Program-made: the position numbers and the translations under genes
Shown: piece by piece, positions 1-10,063 of the stretch
Layout: each line of letters starts with the position of its first letter
Numbering within the stretch: the stretch's first letter is position 1
Assembly (NCBI GenBank): GCA_017642445.1
Contig: JAGCPA010000089.1
Span: 368-64,367 of the forward strand
Reading direction: 5' to 3'
DNA: 64,000 bases
Source: Spirochaetia bacterium
GTDB taxonomy: Bacteria; Spirochaetota; Spirochaetia; CADAEX01
The notes under the pieces: generated by a model
What the model saw: only the letters and a program-made list of their open reading frames with translations
Database searches by the model: none
Told to the model about the DNA's origin: nothing

Positions 1-314
1 CCACCGTCGCAGTGTTTCTGCGGGGCAATCCGGAGCTCAAGGTATACAACGCCCAGGCTTCTCATATGCTCCTCCACCAGATAGAAGGTCTCGATAATCC
101 CCTCTTTTGTCTGCATCAGGGAGCCAGGAAGCGCAAAGCACTCAAGGAACTCATTTAGGCTCTCGCAGGTCTCGGGAACCGAAAGCTTGGCCGCCAGCTC
201 CTCATCATCAGCAGGAAGCTCGATATTCTGCAACGCCGCCAGCTTCCGGGCAATCTCCGGTGTGATAGCGCCATCCACATGGCAGTGCAAATCGATATAT
301 GGAATGTTTTTCAT
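1..314 (-). CDS. add: Adenosine deaminase, N-terminal part only (it runs off the window edge).
   Basis: Minus-strand translation from the ATG at 314 gives MKNIPYIDLHCHVDGAITPEIARKLAAL, the adenosine-deaminase N-terminal metal-binding HxH motif. An AGGAGA RBS precedes it. It starts 10 nt after the stop of the MBL-rubredoxin gene. The ORF track missed it because it has no stop inside the window. Confidence 0.6.
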   Translation of the reverse strand, partial: MKNIPYIDLHCHVDGAITPEIARKLAALQNIELPADDEELAAKLSVPETCESLNEFLECFALPGSLMQTKEGIIETFYLVEEHMRSLGVVYLELRIAPQKHCDG

Positions 315-323
315 CTTTTTCTC

Positions 324-1262
324 CTATGCCTTATTGAATTTATCCTTGCCCTGTCTGCACCGAGGACATCTCCAGTCATCTGGCAGCGCCTCGAAAGCAA
401 CGCCGTCATGCTCTGCAGGGTCATAGACATAGCCGCATACAGAACATACATATTTGCCAGTCGCCTGGGCTGCCTCTATCTTGCCCACAGGCTTGCTCTC
501 AGGCGGGTTATCCAGGTCCACAACCTTCTTAGCCTCAAGGTTCTCATAGCCAAGCGGTGTGTGGGTGGAAAGGTATACAGTAGGATTATTCTTTATGAAC
601 TCCCGGACCGCATCCAATGTGACACGGGCTGCAGCGATGTCCTCGAACACAACAGAGAGCTTGTCGGCATACAGAGCCTCGTCGGTATAAGTCACATCTC
701 CGTGGAACATGTAGAAAAGACCGCCATCCTCGGCAATGACAATGCTGTTGCCGTTTGTATGTCCCTTGGCAGCGATATAGTAGACACCGTCAGCAATCTT
801 CTGGGATGCTGGGAAGTTCTTGTATGGGCCGTCTGTAAAGTCCACAGGCACCAAGTTAGGGAAGCTCTTAAGCTCGTCTGCGGCGCACTCCTCCCGGGCT
901 GCATAAATTTTGGCATTGGGGAAATTCCTAAGCTCGCCGGTGTGGTCAGCATGCTTGTGAGTTATAAGGATCTTGGAGACCTGCTCAGGTTTATAGCCAG
1001 CCTCTTCCAGGGCGCTCACATAATCCTTGATCTTCTTGCCCATGTAGATCATGGTCTTGTCGTCGGGCACCTGTCCTGGGAACTCCTTGGGCAGTCCTGT
1101 ATCTACCAGTATGACCTCCTTTCCAGTGTCGATGACAAAGTTCTGGAGCGAAGAACGGTAGCGCACAGCAGGGTCGAACTTATCCATTCCATCCTCGCCG
1201 CCCATGGCAAAAGGCTGGACCATAAACCCATTCTCATACAGTTTGACTGCCTTTATAATCAT
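324..1262 (-). CDS. MBL-fold metallo-hydrolase fused to a C-terminal rubredoxin domain.
   Basis: It has the [12 protein letters not shown] (HxHxDH) metallo-beta-lactamase signature. The C-terminus [12 protein letters not shown]...[13 protein letters not shown] has two CxxC pairs typical of rubredoxin. Confidence 0.75.
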   Translation of the reverse strand: MIIKAVKLYENGFMVQPFAMGGEDGMDKFDPAVRYRSSLQNFVIDTGKEVILVDTGLPKEFPGQVPDDKTMIYMGKKIKDYVSALEEAGYKPEQVSKILITHKHADHTGELRNFPNAKIYAAREECAADELKSFPNLVPVDFTDGPYKNFPASQKIADGVYYIAAKGHTNGNSIVIAEDGGLFYMFHGDVTYTDEALYADKLSVVFEDIAAARVTLDAVREFIKNNPTVYLSTHTPLGYENLEAKKVVDLDNPPESKPVGKIEAAQATGKYVCSVCGYVYDPAEHDGVAFEALPDDWRCPRCRQGKDKFNKA

Positions 1263-1320
1263 TTTTTCCTCCTCGGATCTGAATACGCTATGTATTATAG
1301 CATAGGATTATTGAAAAACG

Positions 1321-2448
1321 CTACTCAATATCCCAGTGCCCATTTTTTTTAGCACCAACACGTTTGATAAGCCCCATATCTTTAAGCTTTTTCATATTTC
1401 GGTTAATCGTTTCGCGGGCAAGTGAAAGCTTTTGAGCAAGTTCAGTTTGTGAAATACTATTGTCTTCGGCTATAGCTTCAAGGATATTCTGTTGCACTCT
1501 TGTTAAATTTACTGTGATTTTACTGTGACTTTTATGTGACTTTTCAGTGATCTTTTCGGTATAACGAATATGGGTAAACCTGTTCTTTAATTCATTACGC
1601 TCCCCAAGCAGGAGATTACGGAAAAAGCGTCTCAGAAAATCTAAATTTGAATAAATCCCTTTCTTGACATTGGAATAATTTGCTCTCACCAGTGAGTTAC
1701 GGAAATACCAGCTGTTTGTTTTAAATGGTTCATTACCAACTATAAAGCCAAGAGAACGAAGATACTTTATGACAAAAACAGCTGTTGTCCGAGTATTTCC
1801 TTCTCCAAATGGATGAACTTGCCAAATATTGGCAACAAACTGTGTAATATGATCGACTATCTCTTCCTTTGATAATTTGGAATAATTAAATTTACGTTCT
1901 TCATCAAAATCATATCTCAGTGTTTCTTCAATTAATTCATATGGAGCATATAAAACAGTGTCCCCATCTAAAGCCCATTCTTTTTTTGTGATGTTATAGC
2001 TCCGAAATTTACCAGCTTTTACCCTGAAAAGAACTCCTTTAAATAAACGCTCATGGATTGAAAGAAGTTGACTTATATTGAAACTGAAGGAATATTCCTC
2101 AACTAATTCGGTTATTCTGGAAGAAACCTCATCAGCTTCTCTTTCTTTTTCTTCTTCTGCAGTCCTATTTTTTCTTGATTCATAGTAGCTTTCAATTAAC
2201 TGCTTTACTTCCTTGATAGAGATTTCGCCTTCAATATTGCGTTTTGCAAGAGAATACAGGTAAGGAGATGGGGTAAGACCATCAACTTGCTGGAGACCTG
2301 TGGCTATAGACCAGGCAATACTTTTCTCTTTCTGATCCGGCTCACCTTCACGGATGTATTGTTCAAAATCAAGCTCTTTCACATTTGTATTGTAACATAT
2401 ATTTACAATTTTGTCACATTTATTGTGACTTTTATGTGACTTTATCAA
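1321..2448 (-). CDS. Fic/DOC family protein with a C-terminal winged-helix DNA-binding domain. The annotated start is a TTG; a GTG start at VKELDF is also possible.
   Basis: The Fic core motif is degenerate: HPFGEGNTRTT against canonical HxFx(D/E)GNGRxxR. The C-terminus LTRVQQNILEAIAEDNSISQTELAQKLSLARETINRNMKKLKDMGLIKR is HTH-like. The codon at 2446..2448 is TTG, and the hsdR stop TGA overlaps it. Confidence 0.75.
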   Translation of the reverse strand: MIKSHKSHNKCDKIVNICYNTNVKELDFEQYIREGEPDQKEKSIAWSIATGLQQVDGLTPSPYLYSLAKRNIEGEISIKEVKQLIESYYESRKNRTAEEEKEREADEVSSRITELVEEYSFSFNISQLLSIHERLFKGVLFRVKAGKFRSYNITKKEWALDGDTVLYAPYELIEETLRYDFDEERKFNYSKLSKEEIVDHITQFVANIWQVHPFGEGNTRTTAVFVIKYLRSLGFIVGNEPFKTNSWYFRNSLVRANYSNVKKGIYSNLDFLRRFFRNLLLGERNELKNRFTHIRYTEKITEKSHKSHSKITVNLTRVQQNILEAIAEDNSISQTELAQKLSLARETINRNMKKLKDMGLIKRVGAKKNGHWDIE

Positions 2449-5400
2449 TCACGATGCATTATATTTCTTAAAGTTTTCGGCCTGCTCGAATACTTCGGCA
2501 TAAACCTCATTTCGTGGAACTGGCGGATAACCGTTCTCATCCAGCAGAATAATCAAATCAGACTCCAGCTCAGCCTTCACGTCAATACGCTGATCCCAGT
2601 CAGTATAACGGGTCTTGTCATCCACAAGCAGCTTAACTTTCTTAGCCAGGTCTTTCATCTTGTTGTCCGAATACTGGTTCTCGAAGTGGAATTTCTTAGC
2701 ACATGATACAAGAATATCGTAGAAAGCCTTTTCCTCAAACGAGATTCCCAGTTCTTTGAACTTTTCCTTATCCTTCAGAATATCATTGAACAGATCATTC
2801 AGTTGCTTTGTGACTTCATCAATTACTTTAACTGTGTATTCATCGTAATGGCGGTTATTGTAAGCATCCACCAGCTTCTTAAGCCGTTCCCCGAACTCCA
2901 TGGCTTTTATCTTGTTTGTCTTCTGGTAATCGCTTAACAGCATCTGAAGCAGATGATTCAGAAGCTTAACTTTTGTATTTGGCAGTTTCAGGCTGTTAAT
3001 TTTTTCCAAATATTTAGGGCTGAACAGGTCGACATTAATATTCTTGCCAACAGTAAACAGTTCCTCAACTCCATCGGACTTAATAGCTTCATCAATCAGC
3101 TGAGCCACATGATGGTTCATAGTGGTGATGTCCGGGGCATCGCCCTTTGTAAGTTTACAAAGGATGGAACGGACTGCAAGATAGAAACCGATGATATTCC
3201 TTTCTTCCTTAGAAATGTATTCGCTGGAAACACATAGATTATACGCTTTCTTAAGGATTTTGACAGCACGCATAAAACGCTTCTCCAAATCCTCTGTAGC
3301 CTGGACAAATTCAACAGCCCTGTTCAGGCATTCAAGCTGGGCAAGCGGCGAACCAGTATAATAAGCACTGGAATCAAATTTGCTTAACATGCCTTCCAGC
3401 ACACTTATCTGATCTTTCACTATGGAAACAGCTTTATCTGTATCCTCAAATTCATCATTATCGTCAGCAGTATAGCGCTTCAAGGCAGTATTCATGGCCT
3501 TTTTGATACCGATATAATCGACGATCAAGCCTTTGTCCTTGCCCTTGTAAGTGCGGTTTACACGGGAAATTGTCTGGATAAGGGTATGTTTCTGGAGAGG
3601 CTTATAGATGTAGATAGTATCAAGGCTTGGTACGTCAAAGCCAGTGATCCACATATCTACGACAATCGCAATCTTGAAATTTGATTTCTCATCCTTGAAC
3701 TGACGGTCCAGCTCCTTGCGGTATTCGTGGTTTCCTAAAAGTTCAAAGAGTCCCTTGGTATCCTTTGCCTTGTTCTCGGTCATAACCATCTTGACCATCT
3801 CGACAGGCTCTTTTCCTGCAGGTTTATTCCATTCAGGCCGCAGTTCCACTATCTTCTGCCACAGGCGATAGGCAATCTCTCTGTTAGAGCAGACAAACAT
3901 AGCCTTGCCCATAACAGTCGCCCCTTCCCTTACTCTGCTCTCATAATGCTGAATAAAATCTTTGGCAACGGCAGCAACCACATCTGGGTCGCCAAGTATG
4001 GCATCAAGGTTGGCCACAGCTTTCTTGCTCTGCTGAATCTGGAACTCGTTTGCTCCTTCCTCTTCGCACTGGGCATAATACCGTTCTATATCCTTAACTT
4101 TCTCCTGATCCAGGATAACTTTTGCGGCACGTCCCTCATATACCAGATTTACGGTAATACCGTCGGCAACCGATTCCTTCATAGTGTAGGTGTCGACTAT
4201 ATCGCCGAAGACAGGTCTCATATCATCAATAGGAGTTCCAGTAAAGCCGACATAAGTGGCATTGGGCAGAGAATCATGGAGATACCTGGCAAAGCCATAT
4301 TTATGCTCTACAATCCCTTTCTCCTCATTTATAACTATCCGTTCTTCCAGGTTGTTCTGGCTGCGGTGCGCCTCATCACTTATACAGATGATGTTAGAAC
4401 GGTCACTCAGAAGCTTGATATCCTCGCAGAACTTCTGGATAGTTGTAAGGAAAACACCACCGCTGTTCCGGCCCCGGAGTTTTTTCCCAAGGTCAACCCT
4501 GCTTTCTATGTTCTCTATGTTATCATCGCCGATATAGCTCCGGCTTTCCAGGAATATTTTCCCCAGCTGGTCATCCAGGTCTGTACGGTCAGTAATGACA
4601 ACAATTGTAGGGCTGTTCAATTCAGCTGACCGCATCAGAAGCCTGCTCAAGAAAACCATAGTGTAGCTTTTTCCACTTCCGGTGGCACCAAAATAGACAC
4701 CACCCTTTCCATCGCCAGCAGGTTTTAACGCCCTGTGAATGCTGGAGCAAAGAGCTTTTGTAGCAAAGAACTGGGGATACCGGCAGACTATCTTAATCTC
4801 TTTGCTTGTGGCATCCGGAAAGTATACAAAATCGTGTATCACGCTTACCAGCCGGTCTTTCCTGAACAATCCTCTGACCATTGTAATCAAAGAACTGATT
4901 CCATCAGCCTCTTTATCTGAGCTTTCCACCTTGCGCCATGCATAGAAATACTCATAAGGGCTGAACAAAGAACCAAGCTTGTTATTAACACCATCACTTA
5001 TCACAACAAAAGCGTTGTACTTAAAAAGTTCTGGAATATCACGGCGATATCGGATTGTAAGCTGCTTATAAGCATCCTCTATAGTAGTGTTCTCTTTAAT
5101 GGCAGACTTGAACTCAAGTACTACCATAGGAATACCATTCACATATACAATTCCATCAGGAATACGGAGCTGATCCCGCCCCTGAATCTCTATCTGGTTG
5201 ACTATCTCAAAGAAGTTGTTGTCAGGATTGTCAAAATCAATAAGCTGTATAAATAGGTCTTTTTTAGAAGCATCTTCCCTGCGCAATGTAAAGCCGTTGC
5301 ATATCAGGTCAAGGGTTGCACGGTTCGCATCATAATCGTTACCGGAGATATTCTTAAGGAGGGAAATAATGCTTTTGATCTCAGAATCAATCAGAGCTTC

Positions 5401-5556
5401 CTTAGCATACCGATGAAGAAGGTATTTTTCCAAAAGATAAGGAATAAGCACCTCTTTCTTCTCCCGGTGGATATCCCCGCCGGTCTGGTGCATGTATCCT
5501 TCGTTCTCAAACAGCTCTATTATTGAAAGTTCAAGCTGATGCTCGTCAAATTGCAT
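2449..5556 (-). CDS. hsdR: Type I restriction enzyme R subunit (HsdR).
   Basis: 1035 aa. Walker A GATGSGKSYT and DEAH box ISDEAHRSQ are present, with the N-terminal architecture of Type I R subunits. Confidence 0.9.
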   Translation of the reverse strand: MQFDEHQLELSIIELFENEGYMHQTGGDIHREKKEVLIPYLLEKYLLHRYAKEALIDSEIKSIISLLKNISGNDYDANRATLDLICNGFTLRREDASKKDLFIQLIDFDNPDNNFFEIVNQIEIQGRDQLRIPDGIVYVNGIPMVVLEFKSAIKENTTIEDAYKQLTIRYRRDIPELFKYNAFVVISDGVNNKLGSLFSPYEYFYAWRKVESSDKEADGISSLITMVRGLFRKDRLVSVIHDFVYFPDATSKEIKIVCRYPQFFATKALCSSIHRALKPAGDGKGGVYFGATGSGKSYTMVFLSRLLMRSAELNSPTIVVITDRTDLDDQLGKIFLESRSYIGDDNIENIESRVDLGKKLRGRNSGGVFLTTIQKFCEDIKLLSDRSNIICISDEAHRSQNNLEERIVINEEKGIVEHKYGFARYLHDSLPNATYVGFTGTPIDDMRPVFGDIVDTYTMKESVADGITVNLVYEGRAAKVILDQEKVKDIERYYAQCEEEGANEFQIQQSKKAVANLDAILGDPDVVAAVAKDFIQHYESRVREGATVMGKAMFVCSNREIAYRLWQKIVELRPEWNKPAGKEPVEMVKMVMTENKAKDTKGLFELLGNHEYRKELDRQFKDEKSNFKIAIVVDMWITGFDVPSLDTIYIYKPLQKHTLIQTISRVNRTYKGKDKGLIVDYIGIKKAMNTALKRYTADDNDEFEDTDKAVSIVKDQISVLEGMLSKFDSSAYYTGSPLAQLECLNRAVEFVQATEDLEKRFMRAVKILKKAYNLCVSSEYISKEERNIIGFYLAVRSILCKLTKGDAPDITTMNHHVAQLIDEAIKSDGVEELFTVGKNINVDLFSPKYLEKINSLKLPNTKVKLLNHLLQMLLSDYQKTNKIKAMEFGERLKKLVDAYNNRHYDEYTVKVIDEVTKQLNDLFNDILKDKEKFKELGISFEEKAFYDILVSCAKKFHFENQYSDNKMKDLAKKVKLLVDDKTRYTDWDQRIDVKAELESDLIILLDENGYPPVPRNEVYAEVFEQAENFKKYNAS

Positions 5557-5694
5557 TATGTCTCTCCTAAATTAATTAATACAGCATATTTTATATATTT
5601 AAAAAGGGGAAATCTCCATCTGCATCCGCATTTCGTTACATGTTGCTCTTTCTTCAAGAGACACTCCTAAAATATCCTTGAATAATCCTTTAGT

Positions 5695-8600
5695 TTATTC
5701 ATTTGTTGTTTCTATTTCCCTATTTCTATATTCTATGCCAAGTCTTTTTGCAAAATCTATGAACCTAGTATCTTCAGATTTATATTCTACCATTGTAGAA
5801 ATTTTCTCCTTGAAATCTTGTCCCTCATCTTCACTATTTTTTATCATTTTTATAACTATATCAGAATACGAAATTATTACTGAAATAACACAAGGTTTTT
5901 CCATGATTTTTATTGGTAAGATTCTTCTTAAAGCTTCTTTTTTAGCTGTAATATCGGAATACATAAATAGCCATTCACCAAAGAAATCAAATAACTCTTC
6001 AGTCATTTCATGTTTTCCATTGCAAAACAAATCTCGTATATCATTAAATAATGTTCTAAGATTTCTTTCGTTTTTTAACGCCAATGTTACTAATTCTACA
6101 GCTATATTCTTATTAAATTTAACATTCTCACTTTTAGCCTTACTAATCATCAATTCTTGGAATGCCTCATAACAATATTCATTCTTTAAAGCTAAGATAC
6201 AAATTAATTTATAATCATAGGATTCTGCTTCTATACTTTTCATCCAATCATTTTTATTTTTTTTCAATAAATATTCATTTGCTGTTTTATTACAATGCTC
6301 AAACAATTCATCTGGATTTTTCTTGGCATCCACAAAATAAGAAATAGGAATTTCTGATATATTCTCTACCGTTATTGTTTCATAAGAATCCCACCAATTG
6401 TAACATGAAATAATATATTGCGAATCCAATTTTGTTATGTCTTTTATAATTTGATAATCACAAAGTAATTTATGAAGAATTGCTACCTGATTATATTCAT
6501 TATTAGTAATTAATTCCTTGCAAAGTTCTATATATAAAGGATAGCCTTTCATTACGGAAATATTATGAAGCAAATTATCAAAATCTATATAATAATGTAT
6601 TTTACTAGCAATTCGCCTTATGAAATCTGTCTCAGTCTTAGTCATAATTTGGTTTACTAAAATACTGTTACCACCTTGGAAACTTGTCAACCTAGAAATA
6701 CGCATACATATTAAATCATAATAAAAATCCTCTTTAGGATTCAATTTTGCGAATAAATTCACTATGGCCGGATCTGGAATAATATGAGAAACAGGAAAAG
6801 CTAATTCTTTTAATCTTTCATACATTGCAGGAACTGTTTTTTCATCATTAGGGTTAGAATCAATTATTGCTTCTATTCTTGCTTTATAACCCCAAAAACT
6901 ATTTTCATTATCAATTTTAATATATTTAAATGCATTTAAAACTTTTAACGAATCTGAGCTTTGCTTTGATAAATATTTATCTAATTCATTAAAATTGCAG
7001 GTAATACTATATTGTTGATAATCTTCCTTTGCTAACTCAACAAATGTAATAAAATCTGCGGGTACAACTTCTTTTTTCACAAAAAAGTCTTGAATTGTAA
7101 GTCCAATTTTCAAATCCAAAAGACGCTTTAAGCTTAAAAAGTAATCTTCTATTTTGAAGTTAGATGAATTTGCAAATTCATCCAGTATTCGTTTTAAATA
7201 TTTATCTTTATTTGTTATTTTTGATATTAATATCTCTTGATATTCCTGTAGCATATTTTCAGAAGTATTAATTTGATCATATACACAATCCCATGTATTA
7301 ATTAAATTCATGTTAGGCCCATCCTCAAGAATTTCATTTAATACAATAACGGTATTGGGTATATTTGTAATTTTAGTAATAGCATTTTGTAGAATTGGAT
7401 AAAAATTATTTAAAGCTTTAATTTTTTGTAATAAATCGCTATTCTTATTATCAAGAGCTTTAACTATTTGGTCAGTATAAATCAAGTCTAAAGCTAGCTC
7501 TGGACTCAATTGGTAATAAAGAGCAGATAAATATTTCTGTAAATCTGCATCTTTCTCATACTTAAAATTTAAGGCACCTAAAAATGATGGAGTTAATATT
7601 TCTTTAGTTGGATTAGCTTGAATTTTATTCTTCCCAAAGATAAAGAGTGCAATATATTTATCTGGAATTTCAAATTTGTCAAATATTTTTCTAATGGAAA
7701 CAAATTCATTAATGAAAGCAATCATCTTTCTTGGAGTTTGATTATCAATTGTCAACAAATCATATATTTGTAAAACAGAATAATCGACATCTTCATTGAA
7801 TGCATATTTCCATAAATCATTAAAAAAAGCCTTCCAATTGGACATAGTAGGTAAAGAAACTCTAAAAACAACATTAAATGTTTTATTAATAAAATCGTCT
7901 CCATAAGAAACTAATTTTGTATCATAAGGTTTTGTATTACCAGTATTATCAGCATTTATTTCAATATTTTCTTCTTTAAATGCAGAAATTATATGATTTC
8001 TATCAAAAGGTACTATAACGTTAATATTGGGGGTATCATCATTAGCAAAAAGAATATTAATCATTGCCCATACTTCTTTTACTTTTTCAATTGGTAAACG
8101 ATCAATATTATCAAATACAATTATTAAACGATTGTTCTCCAATTTTTCATTAATACTTTTTATATAATCCTTAAACTCTCTTGTTGAGGCTTCTGATTCA
8201 TAAACTGTATTTGTTGAAATTGAATCTCCTGTTGACTTTGCATCATTCTTAAAATCATAATAACTGTGAAAAATCCATTGAAAAAAAGAAACTTCTGATT
8301 CTCCATATTTTTCCTTATATTTTTTCCAATAGTAAATAAGTAATAGTATATATATAGAAAAAAATCCAACAGAAATAATCAGTTGAAGCAAATGGTTCGT
8401 ATCATAATTTTTTTTAAACAAAAGATCTTTCAAAAAAGAGAATGCTATATAAGCAAAAGTCATTATTATACTTAATTTTGTAAATACATTTATTTCTTTT
8501 ACAATTCTTGAACCTATAGTTTCTTTGCGAGAAAGCAATCTTTTCAAACTATCATTCCAATCCCTTGAAAAACGAGGTCCTTCTTCATCTTTGATTAAAA

Positions 8601-8922
8601 AAGTAAGAAGGTTTTCAAGAACAGATCTTTTTAAATAATCATTTTGATATCCCCAAACATCATATGTATAAATAAAAAAATCATTAGTTTTTTGGCCATT
8701 TTTTTGTTTTAACTTGTCTTTTATCAGTTTTACTAAATTTGATTTACCTGAACCCCATGAACCTTCAATTCCAATTATGTTACAGTTTTCATTTGCTTTA
8801 AGTTGATTAACTATACAATTTGCAATTTTTTCGTGTGATTTCCCTTCAAAAGAATCTTCCCCACGTGGATTATTATTAATAAATATCGGATATTTTTTTT
8901 CTTTAACTTTTTCTTCTTTCAT
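5695..8922 (-). CDS. KAP-family P-loop NTPase, 1075 aa, with an intramembrane helix pair inserted in the NTPase domain and a long uncharacterised C-terminal extension.
   Basis: Walker A GIEGSWGSGKS lies at residues 51-61. Two hydrophobic helices (SIIMTFAYIAFSFL and LLQLIISVGFFSIYILLLIYYW) come before the Walker B-like IIVFDNIDRL. The start is 5 nt after the hsdS stop, with an AAGGGG RBS. The gene is extremely AT-rich. Confidence 0.8.
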   Translation of the reverse strand: MKEEKVKEKKYPIFINNNPRGEDSFEGKSHEKIANCIVNQLKANENCNIIGIEGSWGSGKSNLVKLIKDKLKQKNGQKTNDFFIYTYDVWGYQNDYLKRSVLENLLTFLIKDEEGPRFSRDWNDSLKRLLSRKETIGSRIVKEINVFTKLSIIMTFAYIAFSFLKDLLFKKNYDTNHLLQLIISVGFFSIYILLLIYYWKKYKEKYGESEVSFFQWIFHSYYDFKNDAKSTGDSISTNTVYESEASTREFKDYIKSINEKLENNRLIIVFDNIDRLPIEKVKEVWAMINILFANDDTPNINVIVPFDRNHIISAFKEENIEINADNTGNTKPYDTKLVSYGDDFINKTFNVVFRVSLPTMSNWKAFFNDLWKYAFNEDVDYSVLQIYDLLTIDNQTPRKMIAFINEFVSIRKIFDKFEIPDKYIALFIFGKNKIQANPTKEILTPSFLGALNFKYEKDADLQKYLSALYYQLSPELALDLIYTDQIVKALDNKNSDLLQKIKALNNFYPILQNAITKITNIPNTVIVLNEILEDGPNMNLINTWDCVYDQINTSENMLQEYQEILISKITNKDKYLKRILDEFANSSNFKIEDYFLSLKRLLDLKIGLTIQDFFVKKEVVPADFITFVELAKEDYQQYSITCNFNELDKYLSKQSSDSLKVLNAFKYIKIDNENSFWGYKARIEAIIDSNPNDEKTVPAMYERLKELAFPVSHIIPDPAIVNLFAKLNPKEDFYYDLICMRISRLTSFQGGNSILVNQIMTKTETDFIRRIASKIHYYIDFDNLLHNISVMKGYPLYIELCKELITNNEYNQVAILHKLLCDYQIIKDITKLDSQYIISCYNWWDSYETITVENISEIPISYFVDAKKNPDELFEHCNKTANEYLLKKNKNDWMKSIEAESYDYKLICILALKNEYCYEAFQELMISKAKSENVKFNKNIAVELVTLALKNERNLRTLFNDIRDLFCNGKHEMTEELFDFFGEWLFMYSDITAKKEALRRILPIKIMEKPCVISVIISYSDIVIKMIKNSEDEGQDFKEKISTMVEYKSEDTRFIDFAKRLGIEYRNREIETTNE

Positions 8923-8927
8923 TGTTT

Positions 8928-10055
8928 TTACCCCTTTAAAATCTGTGATATTACCAGCTGCTTTAATTCTTGCAGTTTAAAAATTTCTTTTTCATTACTA
9001 CTTATATTTTCGAAAATTGATGAAGCCTTTGTTTCATATTCTGTCATTTTTTCAAGATTGGGTTTAAATACTTTCTCCATCTCAAAATCTCTCGTTACAA
9101 GGGCACTAAAAACAGCTCCTGATGCTTTATTTTTTAATTTTGAAACAGCAAATTTTGAAAAGGAATATGTAAAGAAAGGATATTGCCCCTTTTTATCCTT
9201 TAATGCATAGCAAGATTGATTCATTGCCATTGGTTTCCCTGCCAATGCCAGTTTTCCTACAGTTCCACGACATGTAACAAAGGTTGTATTTTCAGGATAT
9301 AATTTGCTTGAACAATTATTTAAGCCTTCTTCTGTAAGAGTTTTATCAGTCCTAAAACAGTAAATAGATTTATCAATATCGGCTGGTGCAAAAAAAGATA
9401 TATTTCCATTCCAATATGCATTTTCAGTTGTACAAGGAGTTCCACCACCTAATAAATCAATTACATCAGTAAAGGATATCTCTTCTTTTTGTAATTCATG
9501 TTTAAATATGTTCTCAAACAAACACTGTGCTGTCTTTTCCAGCTTTTCATTAATCTTCTGTAAAATATCAATCCGGCGAGTAATGGTGTTGTAGTTATTT
9601 ATAATTTTCTGCTGTTCGGTTATAGACGGAACTGCAAGTTTCATATCACAAAAAACTTCCCATGGCATACTTCCTCGAACTCCACCAACAGCAACATATG
9701 AGGCTTCCCTGTCAAATTCAGTTCTCATAAACCACATGGCAAGATAATCTGGTAAAACCTCAAATGTGTTTTTTATTCTGAAAATATAATAGGCCGGGGA
9801 CATAATTGCTTCATCATACTCTTTTAGACAAGCAATAGGTATTTTCCCATCTCGACTAACTTGCATTAATGAACAGGCAAAATCATTTTTATGAATTACG
9901 CTATATTTTGACAAGTCAGTTCCAATTGTATTTGCCACAGATTTTATAAAGCATTTATCAATACTAACTCCAATCAAATTTTGAACTTTTCCATCTGTAT
10001 TTCGTTCATCTATGAGTTCAACAATTTCACTTAACTTTCTATAATTTGCCTTCAT
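8928..10055 (-). CDS. hsdS: Type I restriction-modification specificity subunit (HsdS) with two target-recognition domains.
   Basis: 375 aa. It shows the Methylase_S two-TRD pattern and sits 8 nt downstream of the hsdM stop. Confidence 0.8.
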   Translation of the reverse strand: MKANYRKLSEIVELIDERNTDGKVQNLIGVSIDKCFIKSVANTIGTDLSKYSVIHKNDFACSLMQVSRDGKIPIACLKEYDEAIMSPAYYIFRIKNTFEVLPDYLAMWFMRTEFDREASYVAVGGVRGSMPWEVFCDMKLAVPSITEQQKIINNYNTITRRIDILQKINEKLEKTAQCLFENIFKHELQKEEISFTDVIDLLGGGTPCTTENAYWNGNISFFAPADIDKSIYCFRTDKTLTEEGLNNCSSKLYPENTTFVTCRGTVGKLALAGKPMAMNQSCYALKDKKGQYPFFTYSFSKFAVSKLKNKASGAVFSALVTRDFEMEKVFKPNLEKMTEYETKASSIFENISSNEKEIFKLQELKQLVISQILKG

Positions 10056-10063
10056 TTTCTACC

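Noticed and set aside
279-1352. A 357 aa plus-strand ORF overlapping the MBL-rubredoxin gene.
   Set aside because: It is antisense to a gene with clear motifs and has no RBS or recognisable domains. The real minus-strand add start explains the region.
8928-10055. Possible phase-variable hsdS: inverted-repeat shufflon or extra hsdS copies.
   Set aside because: The window holds only one hsdS and no recombinase, and I see no inverted hsdS fragments.
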